A DNA stretch of 64,000 bases from Bilabrum cf. latius (taxonomy: Eukaryota): contig OZ237770.1 in the NCBI GenBank assembly GCA_965178125.1, forward strand, positions 124,001-188,000, given 5' to 3'. The notes under the pieces are model-generated. The model ran no database searches and was not told where the DNA came from. It worked only from the letters and a program-made list of their open reading frames with translations. The translations under genes and the position numbers were made by a program. Below are positions 24,204-38,544 of this stretch, one piece after another (positions within the stretch are counted from its first letter, which is position 1; each line of letters opens with the position of its first letter).

Positions 24204-24601
24204 ATTAGTGTGATAGCGGCCAAAGTTAGCCAGTTCGTGCTTCAGTAGCGCAGTTGCAGTTGTCCATTATGTACACGTTACGATACATCCAAATCATACT
24301 TTTGCGACCAATTGACACTCTGTAAGGGTTTGCGTACCAATAGAACCCATGGGCTCCTGGCGGCTGTTTGCGAATTAAGGTGTGACTTTTTTGGTAGCGA
24401 TTGCAATACAGAGACGTATGGCACGAAAAACTGTTCGGAATGATGCCATATTAATGTACCGACCACCCAGAGAGACGTTTGTGGCCCGGCACGCATCCTT
24501 GTGTGCATTATACCATTGACCAATTCCTGAACGCAGGTAGATCGCCGAACTACATAAAGCTGTCCTTGGGATCCCACAGTTGCATTATATACCCAGTGGT
24601 A

Positions 24602-27600
24602 ATGCATGGGGAGCAGAAGGCAGACCCATCGGTTCCCGGCAGCCGATCCGGGGCTGCTACGCTACCTCCAGTGAAACTGGTCGACAGTCAAGGTGACATG
24701 CCGTCTGAGCAGACAAAAGGAACATGCCAGGACAAGTGCCTTGGGATCTGCTCGATGTTGTGCTGCGGCTTGATCGCCGAGAAAGAGCTGCCAATGAGTC
24801 TTCGGGACTTTGATGAGGAAGCTCTCAAGGAAATGAGGGCTTGGTAGTACTACGATTTCGCAGATAGTGTGTTTACACTAGCAAATAACTTAGTGAGGCC
24901 CTCTAGAATCGCTGGATAAAATCGTGTGGTTTCACCCGCGATTTCTGATCTCTGTCTTGGGCCCACGGTCTCGAATGGTTTTCAATCGGACTTAAGTCTC
25001 CCCGGTCTTGTCAGCATCGCAGTTTGTACCAACTTTCGTGACCGAGGTAAGCACGTGCATCTTGCCTGGAATGGGGATGGGTCGTAGCAGCCTCTGCATT
25101 TCGCTCTTTCTGTTGAAGAGCGCACTACTACTGTAGAGTATCAGTGGTGTAGGAAATGGCTTGCGCATGTTGTATTTGCGTTTGTCCTCGCCTATGTTTT
25201 CTCATGTGCCTCCCTGGTTTTCGTTGAGATGTGTCGGTCATGCGTGGATGTCCTCAGTTTCTTCGGTGCTTTATCCCCGCAGCTAGCAAGGCAGAACGGT
25301 TGGGCAAACCCGAAGTCGTTCTGGGGCTTCTTATCGACTGTAGTGACTGTTGCATCGCTGCTGGCGTTCATCCTGTTCGCCCCGATCGCTGAGTACGACG
25401 GCGTGAAGCTGCCCGTCTTTCGATGGGTGGCAGTGGCGGGCGCGGTCAGCTGCCTCCTCTTCGTGATCGTGCTCGCACCCGAAATGATATGGCTCGCCGC
25501 TGCGCTCTTCCTCATCGGCAAAGTAGCAAGCAGGGTGGCGGGCCTCATGTATGACGCCATGCTGCACGACGTCTCGAGGGGTGGGCTTCGGGCAGCGGAC
25601 GAGATCGCGAACCGAGCAGCTGCTTTGGGTTACATCGGAATGATACTCTTCTTTGTCATATACGTCGTGTTCTTCTTCGCCGGTTCTTTCCTGGAGAATG
25701 ATCCGCTGTGCGGAGAGGACAACGCGAACCAGACGCTCCCGGACGGCCGCTTCTGCCTGCCAGAGGGCCCCAAGGCGCCCTCCGGCCGGGCCCCCAGCGC
25801 CCTTCCTCTGCGACCAAGCAACTCCAGTGCGATCATCCCCGGAGCGACCTATTAGGACGATGACACGCCCGAGGACGAGTCCATCAACGAGATCGCCATG
25901 TGGACGGAACACCGGCTGCCCACGGCTCTCGTGGGCGTCTGGTGGCTCTCCGTGCTCCTCTTCTGGGTGATGCCCTACCTCAAGCCGTACAGGGGCATCC
26001 CGCGCCCCGCATCCCTGAAGGACGGAACTGCCTGGAGCTTTGTAAGGTTTAGTTTTACGGAGGGACTTCTGGATTAGTGGAACGCGTTCGTCACCGCAGC
26101 TGGGCTGCCTGACCTGTGGATGTTCCTGTTGGCTTGGATGTTCCTGTCGGACGCATCCTCTACAGCCACATCCTCGGCTGCGCTGATTCTTGCAGACGAG
26201 CTTGACATCGGGACCCTGACCATCGGCTTCATGGCGGCCGCGGGCCTGGCCTCTGCGGCGGTGGGGATCGGATTCTACCGCTGGGCCATTTCGAGGGGGT
26301 GGATGACGGGCCAGCAGGTGCTCTACACGAACATCGTCGTGCTAACAGGCTGCGGCATGTGGGTCATCTGGGTGAACAGCGTGGTGGAGGTATTCGGAAT
26401 CGCAATCATAGGGGGCTTGCAGATCGGAACGATCGGGTCGCTGACGAAGAGCATGCTTTGCGTGATGCTGCCCCGCGACTCCCAAACCAGGCTGTTCTCC
26501 GTCTACGAACTGACGCAGAAGGGGACCTCCTGGATCGCGCCTCTATTCATCGCGATCGCAAACGAGGCGCTGAATGCGGAGCAGAACGGCCGATACAGGG
26601 AGGTGGTTGTCGTGGCGGTCATGGTGGAGATCGCCATCGGTTTCCCGCTGTTCCTTGCGGTTGACCCCACCCGGGGCCAGAGGCTGGCTAAGGATCTTGA
26701 CGAGACGCTCAACCAGTCGGAGGCCATGGGCCTTTCTTCCGCGGTTGGATTCGAGGGCGTGATGATGCAGGCGGTGTTCGGCAGCAGCGGCAGTGGCAGT
26801 GGCGTGGGAGCAGCAAAGAAAGACGAGGGCATGGGAGGTGGGGGCAGGGGCACAGGCGGTGCTACTAGTAGGACAAGTGGTGACGAGGGAAAACCGGGTG
26901 CATCGCACGATAGCGGGTCGCGCAGTTCTAGCTCCGCATCGGACCTCGTCCGTGCCCTCGTGGCCCTGGGGAACAGAACCCGGACGCAGGTCCTTGGTGC
27001 GGACTGGGTGGCGGTGATGCCGAGGGGGACGCTTGCCAGGGAACAAGGGTCCCTCGGGGAATACGGCGGGTCAGGGGAGATGCCAGGTGCGGTGCACTGT
27101 GGCGGCGGCGCAGCGGCGGCTGGTGGAGTTGTGGGCGCCTCCATGGAGGGCAGCAGCGAGGAGGGCCCTCCCCCCGGAGTGAGGGGGGGGGCTAAGGTTG
27201 GCGGTGTGACGAGTGGGTGGGGCGGGGGTAGCTCTGCGAGCGAGAGGCAGCGGCTGCTGCAGGCAGCCGCCATCAAGCCTGCCGCGCTGTCATCGGCAGA
27301 GGCGGCTGCCGCGTCCATGACTGGCGGTGGAGTCGTCGGCGAGGCGCGCACGCCCATTGCCAGCAACAGCAGCAGCCAAAGCTCGACGAGTGCGGGGGGC
27401 TTCTCCACCACGAATCCGCTGGCCAGGAGCCGGACGAGTTCTGTAGGGAGCGACAGAAGAGGCCCGCAGCTCGAGGGTGCATCGTGCTGCGGTGCAACGA
27501 AGGGCATGGGGGGGGGTACCCGCCGGGGCGGCGCTGTGGAGATGGTGTCGGTCAAGTGCGTGGAGAACGGGGAACACGGGGCGTCGGCCTGTGGACCCGG

Positions 27601-28282
27601 GGGTCCGCGCGCGAAGCGGCGGTCTCGCCGGACACCGCGCACCTCTACGGAACTAGACACTGAAGGAACCTCGGTGAACGTTCCGCGCGCGTACCCCGTG
27701 CCTGAGGATCCGCTGCCCCGTTTGGCCACCCTGGCGTACTTGGCCTCCCAGGCACCGGTTGCAACCTCTCTGGGTGCGGGCCGCCTCAGCAGTTGTTCCC
27801 TGGGAACGGGTCCGATGGGCAGGCACCGCGCGTCGGCGTACTGCCTCACCGCACTGGACCGGAAGCAGCACCTCCGGGCGCACCCCGGGGCGGCCAAAGA
27901 GGCGGGGCGGTTGAGGGATGAGATCCAGAGCGGGCCCGTGTCTGCGTCCACTTTGGCCACCCGACGGGCCTCCATGGCAGGAGCCCAGAGCAGCCAGGTG
28001 CACGAGCAGGTCGCGTGGGGGGAGGGGGAGGAGCCTACGACGGGCCCCCACCTGGCCATGGAGCTGCAGAAAGGAACGTTCCGCAGGTTCGGTTAGTGGC
28101 TACGCATGTCGGGAGATGATGTGACGAGTGATGACGGGGTTGGTGCTGGGGTGGCAGGCGGAAGCAGCGGCAGTGCTAGCAGCAGCGAGGGAGCGGCCGC
28201 TGGCGATGTGCAGCCGTCGGGCCACTCCTCAGAGTCGAAGAAGGCCGTCTCGGACTGGCAGGTCGATCCCGAATCTGCGTGA
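24602..28282 (+). CDS. MFS transporter, Atg22/UMF1-like (vacuolar amino-acid efflux type), with long disordered C-tail; exons 24602-24892, 25023-25046, 25283-28282
   Basis: Family motif EMRAW-TAG-YYDFADSVF spans TAG 24845; also MYDAML, ALGYIG, FLLAWMFLSD and LFSVYELTQKGTSWIAP, plus many TM helices. In-phase GT-AG introns. Further TAGs at 25853, 26075 and 28094. Ends TGA 28280-82. Confidence 0.82.
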
Positions 28283-28465
28283 TGCAGATCAGTGCATTGA
28301 ATCCATGGCTACTTTGGTAACTTTGAACTTCACCCCCACCCTTCTCGTCGTACGGGTGTGATACGCTGATTTGATCCGATTCTCCACAGGTCGCACGCTT
28401 TCCAGAATAGTAATACAAAGTCTGGCGGCACACACTAGTCTCTAGTGCAACCAGCAAGCCTAATC

Positions 28466-29689
28466 ATGGTTTTCATACTTTTGACGTTCAGTCTGGCATG
28501 CCAATTGGTGACTCCCAGCCCAATGTAGCATGGCTGGGACACCGTAAGCGACATGCTGTTTGCGCACGGTTCTGCGGACAGCATCCTTGAGTCGGATGCC
28601 ATCGACTTTCTGGCCAGCAATTATCAGATGGTAACGTTTGGGAACTGCTATGGGAAATCAAACGGTACTCAGGAGAAGGCCGTAGAGCAAAGCGGGGCAG
28701 CCATCAAGTAGCGCAGCTCGCATGTCAAGACCATATTCTACTGGAAAGTATGGCTTAGTGAGCAGATCGAGGAGTGCTCAGACGCAGCAAGTGAGTGGAA
28801 GGCTCACCCTGAATGGCGTCTGCTAGACGACAATGGAGAGGTGGTGCACCACGGAGTCTATTCGTATGTGGATCCAACGAATTCCGGTGCGCGGAAGTTC
28901 TGGAGCGACCACGTTTTGCATCTTGCTGACATAACCTATAATGGCATGCCTACCATTGATGGTTTCTTCATTGATGGAACCACGAACAGCAACAGGTCCC
29001 TGTTCGCAAACGTGTCCGATGCTCGCTATATGCAACTGATCGAGGCGCAAGCAGACATGCTTGCCGATGTGCAGAGCCAGCTAGATTCACGAGGACACGG
29101 TCAGTTTATTCTCAATAACGGGTTGGACGCTGATATTTCTGCGAAGCTGTACGAGCGAAACGATGCGACCATGCTGGACCATTTCGCCATCCTCCAGTTC
29201 ATCGACAAGTAGACGGGCGAGATCCTGCCGGCACCGATGGAGCAGCTGTACTTTCAGACGCTGCAAGATCCACTTCTTCGCAACCGTACCATACAGTTCA
29301 AGGGCTGGCCCGGGCCCATCATCGCGCAGCGGGACAAGTGGCCCAACAACACTGCCTACCCCCAGCCGGTCACCCTTGATGACTTCAGGCGGGATGCAGC
29401 GGACCAATTCAACAACGCGCTTAGCTATTTTCTGCTCGTAGCAGAGCCCAACTATTGGTGGAGCTACTCCTGGTTCTGGTACATGGCAGACCTGATACCC
29501 TCCGTGCAGGAGAGCACCGTCCCGGCCCAGTTTTACCCCCAGCTGCAGTGCCAGCTGGGGGCGCCTTAGGGGCCGGCGTAGAAGGTATACGAGCACGTGT
29601 ACGAGAGGCAGTACGAGTACGCGCGAGTGCATGTGGATCTGACGAATCGCAAGGCGAGCTACGTGATTTGGCTGGGCAAGTGCCCATGA
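28466..29689 (+). CDS. Secreted putative glycoside hydrolase (GHL15-like), 407 aa
   Basis: Signal peptide MVFILLTFSLAC; motifs GWDTV, AIK-TAG-R..KTIFYW, HPEWRL, D..ARKFW, KGWPG, ALSYFLLVA..YSWFWY and LGAP-TAG-GPA-TAG-K..YERQYEYARVHVDL. Five TAGs (28526, 28709, 29210, 29567, 29579). Ends TGA. Confidence 0.85.
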
Positions 29690-29827
29690 TTTTGCGTTTG
29701 GGGCGGGGCCTCGTGGCGATAACCGGAACCGAGTTGAGAATCAAACGGCAGCGGTGTTTATCGCCGTACACACTAGATATATTTGGTTTTAGGGCAAGAC
29801 GCTGTTTGATATTGTAAAATTAATATC

Positions 29828-31888
29828 ATGCAATCTTTAGGGAGAGCATCTAGTGTTCGAGGGTCAGGATTGAGCCAGCAAACAGCAGGCGAGCCAACAA
29901 CACCGCCTTCAGCCGCGGTCGCCAGCCAGGCACACGCGTCGAACAAGCAAGAATCAGACGATTCGGTTGATCGCAATGCACCAAAAAGAGGAGGCGCGGC
30001 CAGTGATATTGGAATCGATTCGACCAGCGGGATGCTGTCCGGTGGCGTGCTGGATGATGTGTCGGGACCTTCAGACAGCCCCGCGTCAGGTATCGTGCAT
30101 ATCACGGACAGAACCGAATCTCCAGCACTTATTGGAGTAGAAGCTACTCGCAGGCGCAGCTCGGTGGGAAAAGACTCCCTTGCTAGCGAAAAGCAGTCAA
30201 GATTCGGGTCCGTGTCGCCTGCTCGCCTTCGGACGAGCGCCGGTGCCCCAGACATGAAGGCAGGCATGCCTCCGCGCCCTCATTCAACCACAGGTGGTCG
30301 TAGAGATAATTTTGCTACGCCGGCTGACGTCGCTGCGAGCTCATTCGGGAGCGAGAAGGATGGTGATGCCGCCGAGCAGCCAGCCAAGGTTGCTGGTGCT
30401 GGTGGTCATGCGCAATCCCGGCTTCGCGGCCGCAGACGCATCTCAGTCGTCGAGTCTGACGCCGCCAGCATAGGAGGCCATTCCGACGACGACGCCGCGC
30501 ACTCCAGCGGAACCGCCTACTCCCCACAGGGCAGGCGAGCGCGCAAGGCCTCGGCACAACGGACTCGTCACACCAATGCGAACGAGCAAGCCGAGCTTCA
30601 AGACCTCACGGCCGGTGGGGAACAACAGAGGGCGGGAAGTACATCACCCGATCGGATGTCGGTGGCTAGCGGAACCGGAAGCCGCCGCCCCGCGCGGCGC
30701 CGCGGCAACCGCAGGCTCTCGATCGCCGAAGCAGCGGCCTTCCCGAACCCTGGCACCGACGTTACGAACGTTCGCTCTGGATCCCTCGATTCCACGGGAC
30801 TGGAAGCGCTGCTGGGGCCAGTTCGGCGTCGGAGCAGTACAGGTGCTGACGATGGCGACGAGAAGGAGGAGGAGGAGGAGGACGGGAGCGGCCTAGCAGC
30901 AGGCAAAGCCGACCTCAGCGACAGAAGCGCAATCGTCACAGCCCGCACCAAGTCCTCGGACTCGCACTCGTCACAGCAGAGGTCCCCTCTGCACCGCTCC
31001 GTGGCCTCGCCCCTGTCCATGCCCGCTACATCGGTGGAGCCCAAGTCCGTCGAGATCAGGATCGGGGGGAGCGGGGAACACACTGCAGCATCAGCAGCAG
31101 AGGAGGAGGAGAGGGTAGAGGTGGAGGGTGCCACTGGCGTGCACGATGAGGCAGCGGGTGACGTTGCAAGCGAAGCTCAGGAACGTTCGCTTTCATCCAG
31201 CCATCAGGAGGAGTAGGACCAAGAAGACGGTGGCAGGCCGCTAGTTGTCAGCTACAGGCACCTGGGAGTGGACAAATCCACCGGCGTGCTGGTCTCCTAC
31301 CAGAAATTCCGGATCGTGAGGATGATGCGCGGCGCCGGTTCCGCAGAAAAGGCGCGGTCGGAGGCGGCCCGGAGGAGAGGCAGGGCGCTGACGAGGAGAC
31401 GCACCACGTCCTACCAGCGCTTCCTGGTGGTGCGTCCCGGGATCGAACCCGGGAGCGGGGACGCCCGCCCGTCAGGCAATACGGGCGCATCGCACGGTGC
31501 TGCTGCGCCCGAGGTTCGAAGATCAGACGCTGTCCGATCTGGTGACCCGACCGACGTCGACTGCGCCATCACAACGTACCGCACTTACTTTGTGTGGCGG
31601 CTCTCGCGCATCGCGGCCGAAATGGCGGCCAAGCAGGCCGGGTCCACCGGTGGATTGGGTGCATCGCACGGCGGTGCAGGCACGGGGCTGCCCCCTCGCA
31701 CCCTGTCCCCTGCCTTCTCCGTCAGCATGCCCAGCGGGCGCTCGCCCGCGGAGCCCGGGCCCATGCCGCTGAGCCCTCTGCGCGGCGGGAGCAGCGGCGG
31801 CGGCGTGGTGCATGGCGATTCGTCGGCAGAGGGAGGACAGGCGGACTTGCTGCCCTCCGAGCTGAGCTTGGGGAAGCCTGCGGTGTGA
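29828..31888 (+). CDS. Hypothetical, mostly disordered Ser/Arg-rich protein
   Basis: ORFs 29828-31216 and 31268-31888 are in frame, joined by TAG 31214 (HQEE-TAG-DQED). Ends TGA. Confidence 0.7.
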
Positions 31889-32416
31889 TGAGTGCGGTCG
31901 CGGGTGATCCGCAGTGCAGTGGGGTGGCTGTGGCTAGCAAGCCGCGGCTTGGTTCGAGACTGTGCGGCATGCATGAATGATGGCACGAGCATAATATCGG
32001 ATGATTCGCAGAACTTGACGCCATTTGCATTCATTCAAGCAGCGACGAAATTCATCCATTCTGGACCGGCCATGCGAACCCCCACGCCCCGATCACCCGC
32101 TCTTGAAGCCTACACTCGGTGCACCAACAGCCTCCCTCTTTGCCTAGCAGGCAAGAGCGCCAAGCATTGCCCATCAGATAGAGAGAGAAACAATGCATGG
32201 AGCACCAACCATCCTGGTAGAGAGAGACAAACGCCGTGGATGCGGTCCGTAGTGCGCGCCGAGCAAGCGACTGGGTAGTCACGCGAGAGGTGCTGACCCA
32301 GCGATCCGCCAATTTCCGAGAGGAGTCCAACCCCCCGAGGGAAGCGACGACCCCGCACGGGGGTCATCGCCTCTCAAGAGCCCGACTCGCCTCTCTAGAT
32401 GCCAACCGCGACCCCC

Positions 32417-33835
<1,419 letters not shown>

Positions 33836-33966
33836 TATATCTAGCTCGAAAGTATGAGCTCAGCGGACGGGAAAACGATCGGCCGTCAGAATACTGTATT
33901 TAGTGTATTTATCACGCTACATACCGCTACCTCGATCGGATATTTCTATTGCAGAGGGTGGTCAAC

Positions 33967-36900
33967 ATGTCAGCTTAGACCCAATCAGTATCGAATAAAT
34001 GGGATGGGAATCCATACGAGTCTCCTGTTTCCAGTCCTCCAGCCCGGAAAATCCACGAAATCATCGCCGAGAAGACGGCAAAGGGTGAAACATGCGTCTC
34101 TTTCGAGTTCTTCCCAGCCAAAGTGAGGGCCACATTACCATAGGTACAGTCCTTACATTTCAAAAATAATTATTGGACGTATGAGGATCGCAGAGCATTG
34201 ATCGAGGACGTGTGCGCCCAATTATAGCATGCATACAGCTGTTGCACCTTGAGGCACCTGCCTCTTTTCGTGCCGGGTACAACACTGTGGAGGCACTGCT
34301 TCCACAATAGTTGGTCGTTTCATATTTGGCATGCATTCTGTTTCGCAGACTTCGGCTGGCATGCGTAACTTGCTAGCTAGAGTTGAGTACATGCGATTCA
34401 CGCTGCAGCCAGCGTTCGTAACTCTCACGTGGCGATCAGCGTTCAAGGATGAGAAACTCTGGCTTGAGATCGGCGCTACCATCCAAAAGGTAAGACTTAA
34501 TTGCTTGCATAGGGGGTTTGCCGTCGATTCGAGGATAGCCATCACCCCAAGAGCTCGTGCACGCCCGCATCCAATGATCATCGAATTAATGAAGCCTCCT
34601 CCGCTCCATCCCCCGCAGGAGTTCAAAATCCCGGTGCTCATGCACCTCACGTGCCACCTCCCCAGGGAACAGCTCGAGCGCGTCCTCCGAAATGCCCGGA
34701 AGGCCGGCATCCGGAACATTCTAGCCCTTCGGGGCGATCCGCCTATCGGATCCGACAAGTGGGTGCCCGCGGAAGGCGGCTTCTAGAACGCCCACGAACT
34801 CGTCACGCTCATCCGTGAGAAGCACGGCGATTATTTCTCCATTGCCATCGCGGGGTACCCCGAGGCCCACACTGAGTCCTGGAACGACCAGTCCAACGAG
34901 GCCGCGGGTGGCGACGCGGAGCCCCCCAAGCCGGACAAGAAGTCGTCCACCGGCGCCCAGGGAACAGCGAGCACGGAGCTGTGGCTGCCCCCCTCCGATC
35001 AGGCCAGGCTGCTAGACCTCCAGAGGCTGGCCCACAAGGTCAAGTGCGGCGCGGATTTCATGGTGACCCAGTTCTTCTATGACGTGGGCGGCTTCCTGCG
35101 GTTCGTCACCGAGTGCAGAGAAGTCGGAATCAAAATTCCAGTCCTGCCGGGTTACATGCCCATCCAGACCTACAGGGGCTTCGCCAAGTTTAGCCAGTGG
35201 TGCAAGACGCACGTGCCGCCGGCGGTCACTTCCGACCTTCTCAAGATCAAGGATGATGACGCTGCCGTCAAAAAGTACGGTGCGCAGCTGGCGGTCCGCA
35301 CGTGCCGCGTGCTGCTCTCCTGCGGCAGCCCCTGCCTTCACTTCTACACCATGAACCTGAGCCAGACCGTGGAGGTCGTGCTGAGGGACCTGGGTCTGCA
35401 CCCTGCCGACCAGCTGCAGGCGGCGGCGGCAACGGCGGGCGCTGCATCCACCGGTGGATCTAGCGGAGTCATCATGAACCCGTTGACGGGGGCAGAGGAG
35501 GAATCCAAATCCGGGGATGCGACCGGTTCCGCTGCGGACGACAGCGCGGCGCCGCTGGCTCCATGGGCGGGCCGCGCCCCGGCCCGCGCCGGCGAGGCGG
35601 TGCGTCCCATTTTCTGGTCCAACCGAGTGACGTCGTACCTGGCGCGCACCTCGGAATGGGACTGGGACGGCTTCCCCAACGGCCGGTGGGGAGACAGCAA
35701 GTCGCCTGCCTTTGGAGACGTGACCGAGTACTACCTCGCTTTCAAGCGGCCAAAGGTGGACCGCAAGGCGCTGTGGGGTGTGCCTCGGTCGGAAGCTGAC
35801 GTGTCCAAGGTGTTCGTTGGCTTCCTCAAGGGGGAGGTCTCTAGCCTGCCGTGGTGCGATTCCACCCCCGCCGCAGAGACATCAGCCATCGCGCCGCAGC
35901 TCTTGTGGCTGAACTCCCACGGTGTTCTCACCATTAACAGCCAGCCTGCCGTGAACGGGTGTCCCAGCGAGGACCCGACGTTCGGGTGGGGCCCCACCGG
36001 CGGTTACTGCTTTCAGAAGGGATACCTGGAGCTGTTCTGCCCCCCTGACCTCTGGCCGCTCGTGGAGAAGGAGCTGCTCAAGAGACCAAACCTGAGCTTC
36101 CACGCCATCACCCTAGCCGGGCAGGAGAGCTGGAGTGTGCCAAGTGATGGCGGCAGCAGCCGCTGCATGCGACGAGGACCGCAGCACGGGACTACTGCAG
36201 GTGCATCCTCGGGTGCTGGGGGGACAACGGCCGCTGCCAGCTCTGAGCAGATCCCGCACGAGGACGAGGAGGACGAGAACGAGCCGAACGCGGTCACTTG
36301 GGGCGTGTTCCCCGGACGGGAGATCGTCCAGCCAACGGTTGTGGATCCCGTGTCTTTCCGCGCATGGAGGGAGGAGGCCTTTGAGCTGTGGAGGACGCAG
36401 TGGGCAGGGGCCTACAAGAGGCCCGAGAAGGGAGGCACGGCCGAGGAACAAGAGGCCAGGGGGGTCATCGATCGGATCAGGCAGACCTACTGGCTGGTCA
36501 ACGTGGTGGACAACGACTACGCCAGGAGCGATGCACCCGACGAGGAGGCTGACGGTCCAGAGGTTCACGCGATCGGCGAAGAGGACGAACAAGGTGCTGC
36601 TGACGCGCCTGTAGCACCCGCGGCGCAGGGCATCTACTCTGCACTGCGAGCGGCCGTGACTCGCCGCATGGGGACCGCCGAACTGCGCGGCGCCCTTGGT
36701 TCCGCAGCCCGGCGGGAGGAGAGGCTGGCGCGGAGGGTGGCTTCTCTGGAGGCTGCTCTCGGGGAGGCGGGCGAGGAGGCGGCGGAAGCGGCCATGCGGG
36801 CAGCTGCGGCGGAATCGGAGGCGGCGCGGCTGCGGTCGGAGCTCAGGCTGCTGAGGGCGCGGGGGGCTGCCAACAGCGGTGGGGGTGGGGGTGGGGGAGT

Positions 36901-37255
36901 TGGGGGCGGAATTGGGAATAGGAGCAGGAGAGGGACTGGGCAGGATGGACCCGGGGCCGTGCGCTGGCAGCCGGGGGCAGGCGGTGGTACTGCCAGGGTG
37001 CATCGCGCTGCGGTGCACGGAGGGAAGGCCGGGTCGTCATCTGCGGGGGCCGCCGACGACTCAGCCACCTCTGCAGGGACGGTGTCCGCCTCCCAGCTGT
37101 TCGGGAGGTGTGCGCCGGGGTACGGGAGCAGGTTGAATGAGGTGGCGGGGGAGGCAGCCGCGAGCGGGTCGCTTGTGGCGGCGGGTGCGTCCAGCACGAT
37201 GCAGATTGGGTTCGTGGCCGATGGTGCCAGTTCCTCCAGGCGAAAGGTGATGTGA
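33967..37255 (+). CDS. MTHFR: Methylenetetrahydrofolate reductase (eukaryotic catalytic and regulatory domains) with C-terminal extension; introns 34123-34348 and 34490-34618
   Basis: MSA-TAG-TQ..SFEFFPAK|TSAG..; MHLTC, NILALRGDPP, GGF-TAG-NAHELV..GDYFSIAIAGYPEAH, GADFMVTQFFYD, LHFYTMN, VRPIFWSNR, FPNGRWGDSKSPAFG, TINSQPAVNG and NAVTWGVFPGREIVQPT. Ends TGA. Confidence 0.95.
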
Positions 37256-37504
37256 ACGGGAGAGGCCATTCCACGCACTGTACTCGTTGGTGGGCTAGTA
37301 ATTGGAACTGTGTGAGTGGATTGATGCAGTGCACTCCTCGCTCTAAATGAGTATACCCGTTTCTAGCATCCGTGACGCTTTCGCCACACCACTGTTGGCA
37401 AGCAACGAGGCGCGGCATTTCTTTAAGTAGCATATATCCGGGATAATCAAAGGAGTCCTACCAGGCCGCAGTCGCTTCAGGGCGCTCAAGGTGCTAGAGT
37501 AGGT

Positions 37505-38080
37505 GTGATTCGCGAGGCCAAGGGCAGACGCCCTATCTGGAAGCCAGAGGGCCAAGTGGCCCAGCTACCAGGGCGGCGCGGTCCGCTCGTGCCACGAGGC
37601 GACCTGTTCTTTGAGCACGAGGGGACGGCGTTTCTCATCGATGTCATGGTGGTTGATTCCACTGCATCAATCTACCAGTGGGACCACTCGTCGCGGAGGA
37701 CTAATGGAGGCGACTGGCAGGAGGGGTCTGCTTTGCGGGCCGCGCACTCCACCAAGCTAGCCACCTATGGCCGGTCCGTCGACCAGAGAGCGTCCAGGGT
37801 CAGGAATCCGGATCGGAGATAAAGACAAGTGGTATGCAGGCACTGTGAAGACACACAGGAGCGGTGATGAGTGGCGTGCGGGTTATGCCATTTTTGGTGG
37901 ACGTGTTTGGGGGGGATCGGGGAGAAGTCTGACCGCTTCCTGTGGGTGCTCAACTGGTTGCGGAAGAAGAAGCAGGAGGACAAGGGGCTGCGGGTCCCGA
38001 CTCGCCTAGCTTATGCGCGCCTCTCGTGATCTTCCTGGCTAGCTCGCCTTTCCGTCGCCGCCTTGCACCAGCGCATGCGT
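37505..38080 (+). mobile_element. Decayed fragment of a non-LTR retrotransposon C-terminal restriction-like (REL) endonuclease domain
   Basis: RGDLFF..LIDVMVVD..ALRAAHSTKLATY, then in other frames VMPFLVDVFGGIGEKSDRFL and ARLSVAAL. This resembles the RPD..DVTV..A..K..KY..FxP..E.FG..RLSV pattern. Broken by TAA/TGA and frameshifts; no RT seen. Confidence 0.5.
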
Positions 38081-38544
38081 GGGGTATCCGAGTGTGGACC
38101 ACTCAACGATCCTCGACTTTGTCTCGAAGTCGAGCACCCAGTTTGCAGTCAACGAACCACTCGAGCAATAATAAGGCGTTGCTTGAAGGCAGGCGCCGAA
38201 ACTTTCTGTCTGGGGTTTACAAGAAGTGGTCTATTAAGGATGGGGGCTTCTCTGTAGGTAGCATGACCTGAAGCACAACTTGCGGCCAGTCAAACATAGA
38301 TTATCAGCCTTTGAAACAAAACTACGCATTTGAGTTTAAGTCTACGCCTTGGAGTCTAGACTAGACCCTGATTTGCGTCCAGCTTGCGTCAGAAAAGCAG
38401 ATCTGGTTGCGTGTACTTCGCTGGCCGATTGTAACGTTACGACGAGAGTTATTGAGATTTGAGGCCTTGTTGGCGAGCGCGATTGCCGTCATCGCCTGCC
38501 AAGCGAACGCAGCTCCATCGCAAAGTGCAATAAACGCAGCATAA

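Noticed and set aside
31425-31455. tRNA-like T-arm on the minus strand (CCCGGGTTCGATCCCGGGACGCACCA)
   Set aside because: The loop is only 6 nt, no D or anticodon arms or acceptor pairing are apparent, and it lies within a CDS (RPGIEPG). No tRNA(CUA) was seen in this window.
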